Source: Chloroflexota bacterium (GTDB taxonomy: Bacteria; Chloroflexota; Dehalococcoidia; UBA2979). From it: DNA of 64,000 bases. Of the stretch, positions 58,421-64,000 are shown piece by piece (position 1 is the stretch's first letter; each line of letters opens with the position of its first letter). The position numbers and the translations under genes were made by a program. The stretch lies in contig JAQCIU010000004.1 of assembly GCA_027593235.1 (NCBI GenBank), positions 77,581 through 141,580 on the forward strand, in the 5' to 3' direction. Under the pieces are notes generated by a model, which was not told the origin of the DNA, searched no databases, and saw nothing but the letters and a program-made list of their open reading frames with translations.

Positions 58421-59560
58421 ATGAGCAACACCGGCCTGGTCTACCACCCACACTTCCTGCTGCACGATCCGGGGATGATGGTCGTCGGCTCTCCGCCCGA
58501 GCCGTACCCGTACCTGGAGCCCGAGGCGCACGTGGAGCACCCGCGGCGCGTCGGACGGATCAAAGAGCTACTCGATCACACCGGTCTGACCGAACGGCTC
58601 CACGCGATCCAGTTCGCGCCGGCGTCACTGGACGACGTAGCACTGTTCCACAGCCGCGAGCACATCCAGAACGTGCTCACGCTCAGCGCGCGCGACGGTC
58701 ACGGCGACGCCGGCGAAGGCGCGCCGCTCTCGCGCGGGTCCTTCGAGGTGGCACTGCTCGCGGTCGGCGGTGCGTGCGCGGCGGTCGACGCTGTCCTCGA
58801 TGGTGAGGTCGACAACAGCTACGCCCTAATCCGCCCGCCCGGCCACCACGCGGTCGCCGCGCGCGGGATGGGCTTCTGCCTCTTCGGCAACGTCGCGATC
58901 GCCGTGAAGCGCGCGCTCGCGCGAGGCGCCGCCGAGCGGATCATGGTGCTCGACTGGGACGTCCACCACGGCAACGGCACGCAGGAAGCGTTCTACGACG
59001 ACGACCGCGTGCTGATGGTCTCCCTCCACCAGGAAGGCCTGTACCCGGAGAACTCCGGCCTGGTCGGCGACACCGGTCGCGAGGCCGGTGCCGGGCGCAC
59101 GGTGAACGTTCCACTGCCCGCGGGTACCGGCGATGCCGGATACATGGCCACGCTGGAGCGGGTGGTCTGGCCGATCGCGCGGCAGTTCCGGCCCGACCTG
59201 ATCGTCGTCTCGAACGGCCTGGATGCCAGTCGCTCCGATCCGCTTGGGCGGATGGTGCTCACCGCCGGCGGGTACCGCCGAATGACCCGCGCGACGATGA
59301 GCTTGGCCGACGAATTGTGCGGCGGCCGGCTGGCCGTGATTCACGAGGGCGGCTACAGCCAGAGCTACGCACCGGTCTGCGGCCTCGCGATCATCGAGGA
59401 GTTGTTGGGCCTCGATAGTGGCGTCGCCGACCGCCTCGGGAGCCAGGCACGCGCCGATCGGCTGCGGCCGGCGTTCGAGGTGGGCCTCGATGTCGAGCGC
59501 GCCCTCGCGGAGGTCGTGGCGACGCAGAGCGCCTACTGGCAGCTCACGAAGGCGACCTAA
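58421..59560 (+). CDS. Class II histone-deacetylase-like amidohydrolase
   Basis: RPPGHHA, GFC, DWDVHHGNGT, HEGGY. Confidence 0.9.
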   Translation: MSNTGLVYHPHFLLHDPGMMVVGSPPEPYPYLEPEAHVEHPRRVGRIKELLDHTGLTERLHAIQFAPASLDDVALFHSREHIQNVLTLSARDGHGDAGEGAPLSRGSFEVALLAVGGACAAVDAVLDGEVDNSYALIRPPGHHAVAARGMGFCLFGNVAIAVKRALARGAAERIMVLDWDVHHGNGTQEAFYDDDRVLMVSLHQEGLYPENSGLVGDTGREAGAGRTVNVPLPAGTGDAGYMATLERVVWPIARQFRPDLIVVSNGLDASRSDPLGRMVLTAGGYRRMTRATMSLADELCGGRLAVIHEGGYSQSYAPVCGLAIIEELLGLDSGVADRLGSQARADRLRPAFEVGLDVERALAEVVATQSAYWQLTKAT

Positions 59561-59638
59561 GCCGGTCCACGGCCGACGGCAGCAGCACCCCGCAGCACAG
59601 GACCGAAGGGAACGAGTCGGGACGGCTGAGGGCAACAA

Positions 59639-59662
59639 GAAGGCCGCCCGGTGGCGGCCTTC
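59639..59662. terminator. Hairpin terminator between convergent HDAC and citrate synthase genes
   Basis: GAAGGCCGCC-cggt-GGCGGCCTTC. Confidence 0.65.
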
Positions 59663-59686
59663 CAACGTGATCCGAAGATCGACCGA

Positions 59687-60838
59687 CTAGCGGCCTTCGA
59701 TGTCGGTGAACGGGCGGTGCTGCTCGCCAACGTAGACCTGGCCCGGCCGGAAGATCCGATTCCCGGACTCCCACTGCTCTTGCATGTTCACGGTCCACCC
59801 AGCCGTTCGCGAGGCCGCGAAGAGCGGGGTGAAGAAGTCGACCGGGATCCCGATCGCCTCGAACACGCAACCGGAGAAGAGGTCGACGTTCGGGAACAAG
59901 CCGCGATCGCCGAGGCGTTCCGTGGCTACCTTCTCGACCGTCAGCGCGATCTGGTAGTGATCTGCCGCCGGCGTCCCGTCCTTGATCACCTCATCGGCAA
60001 GCCGCTGGATCACCTTCGAGCGCGGGTCCTTCACGTGGTACACGCGGTGACCGAAGCCGGGAATCTTGAACTTGTCATCCAAGAGCCGGGAGATCCGCTC
60101 ATCGGCCTTGGCCGGATCGCCAATCTGCTGGAAGAGACGTAGCGAGCCCTCGTTGGCTCCGCCGTGCGCGGGGCCGGAGAGAGCGCCAATCGCCGCAGAG
60201 ACGACGGCCTCTGGCTCGGCCTTGGTCGAAGCGACCACGCGCGAGGTGAACGTTGAGGCGTTGCCGGCGGAGTGATCCGCCTGGAGGATCAGCAGCGCGT
60301 CCATGACCCGCACCTGCAGTTCGGTCGGATCTTCGCCAGTGACCATGCGTACGAGCATCCGCGCGTGCGACTCGCCCGGCCGAGGACCGTCGTACGGACG
60401 GCCATCGACCGCCTGCGCGATCACGCCGACCAGGTGACCGACCTTCGCGATCAGCGATTGACCGCGCTCAACGACCGTATCAACCTTGCGTTCGAAGTCA
60501 TTGTCCATCGGGCCGAGTGTTGCCACCGCGGCCTGGAGCGCGAACATCGGGTGCGTGCCTTTGGCGGCCAGCCGCGCGATCGCGATCTGATCGTCAGTCA
60601 GCGCCCGTTCGCGCTCAAACAACACCCGCATCTCATCGATGCGGGTTTGCGTCGGAAGCTCTCCGTCGTACAGGAGGGCGACGATCTCCTCGAAGGTCCC
60701 GGTGGGGCCCGTGAGATCCTCAATCGAATAGCCACGATAGCTCAGCCGCCCGGCCTCGCCCTCCACCAACGAGACCGCGGATTCCGCGATCAGCACTCCT
60801 TCAAGGCCTGGACTAAAGCTCGGCGTCTCCAGGGTCAT
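59687..60838 (-). CDS. gltA: Citrate synthase (type I)
   Basis: GLEGV, ADH..NAST, GPAHGGA, GFGHRVY, NVD. Confidence 0.92.
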   Translation of the reverse strand: MTLETPSFSPGLEGVLIAESAVSLVEGEAGRLSYRGYSIEDLTGPTGTFEEIVALLYDGELPTQTRIDEMRVLFERERALTDDQIAIARLAAKGTHPMFALQAAVATLGPMDNDFERKVDTVVERGQSLIAKVGHLVGVIAQAVDGRPYDGPRPGESHARMLVRMVTGEDPTELQVRVMDALLILQADHSAGNASTFTSRVVASTKAEPEAVVSAAIGALSGPAHGGANEGSLRLFQQIGDPAKADERISRLLDDKFKIPGFGHRVYHVKDPRSKVIQRLADEVIKDGTPAADHYQIALTVEKVATERLGDRGLFPNVDLFSGCVFEAIGIPVDFFTPLFAASRTAGWTVNMQEQWESGNRIFRPGQVYVGEQHRPFTDIEGR

Positions 60839-60940
60839 CGACTCCCCCACTCTGTGCGCCCGCGCCGGACGCGGTGCTCTCGGTGTTTACTGCAGTCGGC
60901 GTGCGGTCGCGGTGGTCCGCGCTCACATCACGCACTACGA

Positions 60941-60983
60941 ATTATAGTCGACCGCTTCATAGGTCTCAGTGACTTACGTCATG
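60941..60983 (-). promoter_or_regulatory. gltA promoter with CRP/FNR-like site
   Basis: CTGAGA-N17-TATAAT on the minus strand; CATGA-N6-TCACT abuts the -35. Confidence 0.6.
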
Positions 60984-61064
60984 AACTGTCAGATGTTAAC
61001 GAGGTGGACACATTGCCACCGTTTCGGGCGTATCGATGAGGAACTGGCTGATATCGGGCGCTGA

Positions 61065-61799
61065 TCAGGACTCCAGTGGTGAGATGCCGACAGACATCGT
61101 GATAAACCCGTGAAGCAGGTCATGAACCTCGTCAGCGACCTCCAGGAGGCCGTGACCCGCCCCCTCAAGAATCTCCAGCCGTTTCGGTTCTTCCGCCCGT
61201 TCGAAGATGTCTTTCGACGCCGCCTGGTCAAGGATCTCATCGTTCGACCCGTGAATCAGCAGCAGCGGCTTCTTGAGCTCGTCGACGGTTTGGGTACCGA
61301 ATCGCTGGGAGGACATGGCGACGACGCTGGTGATCAGCGGCGCCAGTTCACCCGCCTTGATCGCGACGGCGCCGCCGAAGGAATGACCGACGACGACCGC
61401 CTCGGTTGCGCCGATTCCCTTGAGGAACGAGGCGCCCGCGAGGGCGTCCGCAACGCACTCCTCGAACTCGCCGGGTTCGCGGTATTCGATACGCAGCGAG
61501 GTCACGCCGGCTTCCACCAGCTCGACGCCGATTCGTTCGTAGATCGCGTTCGCGGGACCGCGGACGCCGCCGGCGGCACCGCCGAGGAAGATCGCGCAGC
61601 CGGTGCGTCCCTCGCAGGGTCGCAGGTGCATTTTGATCTCGCCGCGCGTGGTATTCAGCACCACGGTCATCTCGCCGACGACCTCGCCGGGCTCGGTACG
61701 CATGCCGCGAATCGAGAGTGTGAGATCGGACGGATCGCCCTCGCCGGTCGTTGAGGCGCCGTTGCCGTTGCCACCATTGTCGCCATTGCCGCTTGTCAT
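61065..61799 (-). CDS. Alpha/beta hydrolase
   Basis: GHSFGG, IHGSNDE, GAGH catalytic triad. Confidence 0.85.
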   Translation of the reverse strand: MTSGNGDNGGNGNGASTTGEGDPSDLTLSIRGMRTEPGEVVGEMTVVLNTTRGEIKMHLRPCEGRTGCAIFLGGAAGGVRGPANAIYERIGVELVEAGVTSLRIEYREPGEFEECVADALAGASFLKGIGATEAVVVGHSFGGAVAIKAGELAPLITSVVAMSSQRFGTQTVDELKKPLLLIHGSNDEILDQAASKDIFERAEEPKRLEILEGAGHGLLEVADEVHDLLHGFITMSVGISPLES

Positions 61800-61839
61800 C
61801 GGCGCAGCCTACCAGACCGCTCGGGAGCCAACGGGTCGC

Positions 61840-63315
61840 TCAAACGGGCAGCGAGGGCGCGCGCTGATGCCAGTCGGTTTCGCGCTGGTAGGCGTGCGTC
61901 GCGCGCAGCAACGTTCCCTCATCGAACGGCCGTCCGATGAGCTGGAGTCCAATGGGGAGCCCCGCATCGAAGCCGCAGGGGGTGCTGAGCGCGGGGTTAC
62001 CCGCGATGTTCACGGGCAGCGTGTAGAGGTCGTTCAGGTACATCGCGTAGGGGTCGTCCACCTTCTCGCCGATGCCGAAGGCAACGCTTGGCGCCGTGGG
62101 CGTCAGCAGCACGTCGTGGTCGCTCAACGCCGCCTCGAACTCCCGACGGATCAACGTGCGGACCTTCTGCGCCTTCAGGTAATACGCGTCGTAGTAGCCG
62201 GCGGAAAGGGCATAGGTGCCGATCATGATCCGCCGCTTCACCTCGTCGCCGAATCCGCGACTGCGCGTCTCCGACATCTCCTCGTCGACGGTCTCGCCGT
62301 CGGTGTAGCTGAAGCCGTACTTCACGCCGTCGTAGCGCGCGAGGTTCGCCGAGGCCTCCGAGGGGGCGATCACGTAATAGACGGGCAGCGCGGCCGGTGT
62401 GGTCGGCAGCTCGACGGAGCGGTCGATGATGGCGCCGCCTGCCGCGAAGACGTCGATCGCGGCCTCGATGGCGGCGCGCACCCCATCATCGAGGCCGTCG
62501 GCGAAGAACTGGGCGGGGACGCCAACGCGGAGGCCCTCGAAGCCGCGCGCGAAGTCGGCGGTGTAGTCAGGCACGGGCTCCGGTGCGGTCGTTGAATCGA
62601 GTGGGTCGCGACCCGCCATTGTGCGGAGGAGGGTCGCCACGTCCTCGGCATCCCGGCCGAAGGGCCCGACCTGCTCCAAGGAGGATGCGAAGGCGACCAC
62701 GCCGTAGCGGCTGACCCGCCCGTAGGTGGGCTTGAGACCGACGACGCCGCAGAGCGCGGCCGGCTGGCGGATCGATCCACCGGTATCGGTGCCCAATGAG
62801 AGTGGCACGCCTCGCGCGGCCACAGTCGCGGCGGAGCCGCCCGAGGATCCGCCGGGCACCTTGCTGGTATCCCAGGGATTGCGGACCGGTCCGAACGCGG
62901 AGTGCTCGTTGGAGGAGCCCATCGCGAACTCGTCCAGGTTGGTCTTGCCGATCACCACCGCGCCGGCCTGCTGCAGTCGATCGACGACGGTGCAATCAAA
63001 CATCGGGCGGTACTCGCCGAGCATCCGCGATCCGGCCGAAGTAACGATCCCCTTCGTCGAGAGCAGATCCTTGACGGCGACCGGAACACCAGTCAGCGGC
63101 TCGGCGTTCCCCGCGGCGATTCGCTGATCGGCGGCGTCCGCCTGCGCGAGTGCGAGATCGTCGGTCAGCGAGATATAGGCGTTCAGCGTCTCCTGCTGCC
63201 CGCGCACGCGCGCCAGCGTCGCCTCCGCAAGCTGCTTCGAGGTGTACTCGCCGGCGCGCAACGCGGCGGCGTGTTCGTGAGCGGTCCGTCCGAGGTCGAT
63301 CGCGCCGTCCGCCAT
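61840..63315 (-). CDS. gatA: Asp/Glu-tRNA amidotransferase subunit A
   Basis: GGSSGGS, DTGGSIRQPA, SEASANLARYDG, EVKRRIMIG. Confidence 0.96.
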   Translation of the reverse strand: MADGAIDLGRTAHEHAAALRAGEYTSKQLAEATLARVRGQQETLNAYISLTDDLALAQADAADQRIAAGNAEPLTGVPVAVKDLLSTKGIVTSAGSRMLGEYRPMFDCTVVDRLQQAGAVVIGKTNLDEFAMGSSNEHSAFGPVRNPWDTSKVPGGSSGGSAATVAARGVPLSLGTDTGGSIRQPAALCGVVGLKPTYGRVSRYGVVAFASSLEQVGPFGRDAEDVATLLRTMAGRDPLDSTTAPEPVPDYTADFARGFEGLRVGVPAQFFADGLDDGVRAAIEAAIDVFAAGGAIIDRSVELPTTPAALPVYYVIAPSEASANLARYDGVKYGFSYTDGETVDEEMSETRSRGFGDEVKRRIMIGTYALSAGYYDAYYLKAQKVRTLIRREFEAALSDHDVLLTPTAPSVAFGIGEKVDDPYAMYLNDLYTLPVNIAGNPALSTPCGFDAGLPIGLQLIGRPFDEGTLLRATHAYQRETDWHQRAPSLPV

Positions 63316-63317
63316 CG

Positions 63318-63605
63318 CTAGTCCAGTACCGCGCGGACGCGGAAGTAGCCGTCTTCGCGACGGGGGGCGCCCTCGAGCGCTTCTTCGCGCGGCAACGTGC
63401 CGCCTGGCACATCCGCGCGCTGCACGTTGGTCAGCGCGAAGCTCTGCGCCGTGGGCGGCACGCCTTCGGTGTCGATTTCGCTGAGGACCTCGAAGTGATC
63501 GAGGATGGAGGAGAGCTGATCCCGCATCCGCTCCAGCTCGTCGTCGGAGAGCGCGATCCGGGCGAGCCGCGCGATGTGGCGCACTTCGTCAGTCGACAGT
63601 GCCAT
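63318..63605 (-). CDS. gatC: Asp/Glu-tRNA amidotransferase subunit C
   Basis: EVRHIARLARI, IDTEGVPPT, GYFRV. Confidence 0.93.
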   Translation of the reverse strand: MALSTDEVRHIARLARIALSDDELERMRDQLSSILDHFEVLSEIDTEGVPPTAQSFALTNVQRADVPGGTLPREEALEGAPRREDGYFRVRAVLD

Positions 63606-63880
63606 CACGGCCTCCGGACACGGGAACCTGGGAGCGCGCGTGCTCGTTCTGACGGCATGGCGAACCGAGCAACACGGTGGCCTACTATAGGTGTGCCTCT
63701 CCCACCACACCACCGCTGCTGACCGCGACCGGACGGTCGATCTGGCGCTCATACGCGTCGTGATTACCCGATTCGACTCGGTGCGGCGACGGACCGTACG
63801 ATCGAGGTGTGCTCCGCGCTGGCGGGCAACGGGCACACCCCAGCCGCCGCCACCGGCGACGGCCGAAGGAGAGCGAGTTC

Positions 63881-64000
63881 GTGACGAACGCTCCCAGCGC
63901 CCACGGCGCTTCCTCGGATCAAGGCGCCCATGGCGCTTCCTCGGATCAGGACGCCATCGGCGCTGAACCGAACGACGGCGCCGCTGGTGCTGCCGCGGAT
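63881..64000 (+). CDS. 5' end of an unidentified CDS running off the window
   Basis: GAAGGAG RBS, GTG start, open frame MTNAPSAHGASSDQGAHGASSDQD... Confidence 0.5.
   Translation, partial: MTNAPSAHGASSDQGAHGASSDQDAIGAEPNDGAAGAAAD
63899..63952 (+). repeat. 27-bp tandem duplication (AHGASSDQx twice)
   Basis: GCCCACGGCGCTTCCTCGGATCAAGGC / GCCCATGGCGCTTCCTCGGATCAGGAC. Confidence 0.8.

Noticed and set aside
63890-63965. Possible CRISPR or iteron array
   Set aside because: Only two adjacent 27-bp units, no spacers, no cas genes, and it keeps the reading frame

Overview
High-GC (roughly 70% by eye) bacterial chromosomal window, almost entirely core and metabolic genes. The gene style (LuxR-HTH 'DGAKYHVSE' membrane proteins, LppX/LprG lipoprotein, RecG with N-terminal extension, this L28 type) suggests Chloroflexota/Dehalococcoidia; that is an inference. 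I found no rRNA, tRNA, CRISPR array, transposase or prophage. Contents: fabG/phaB end, SUI1, alkA, a formyltransferase, hot-dog dehydratases and thioesterases, zur-znuACB, SigK/RskA-like pair, udg, a SufR-like/erpA/iscS/nuoB/sodN-peptidase redox cluster, HDOD, groEL with CIRCE, a selD-lprG-like-P55-like-amidase block, nth, an interrupted arg cluster, rpe, rpmB, recG, trmH, argS, trpS, HDAC, citrate synthase and gatCA. Features the ORF track misses or splits: SelD is a selenoprotein (in-frame UGA plus SECIS-like hairpin), the amidase is split by a 1-nt frameshift, udg probably starts at CTG, and many genes look leaderless. The best candidate for an undescribed system is 25644-28556: a membrane-tethered LuxR-HTH regulator plus an HTH-less paralog, each with two copies of a Cys...WGCF extracellular domain. 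All functional calls come from recognising motifs; no database searches were run.
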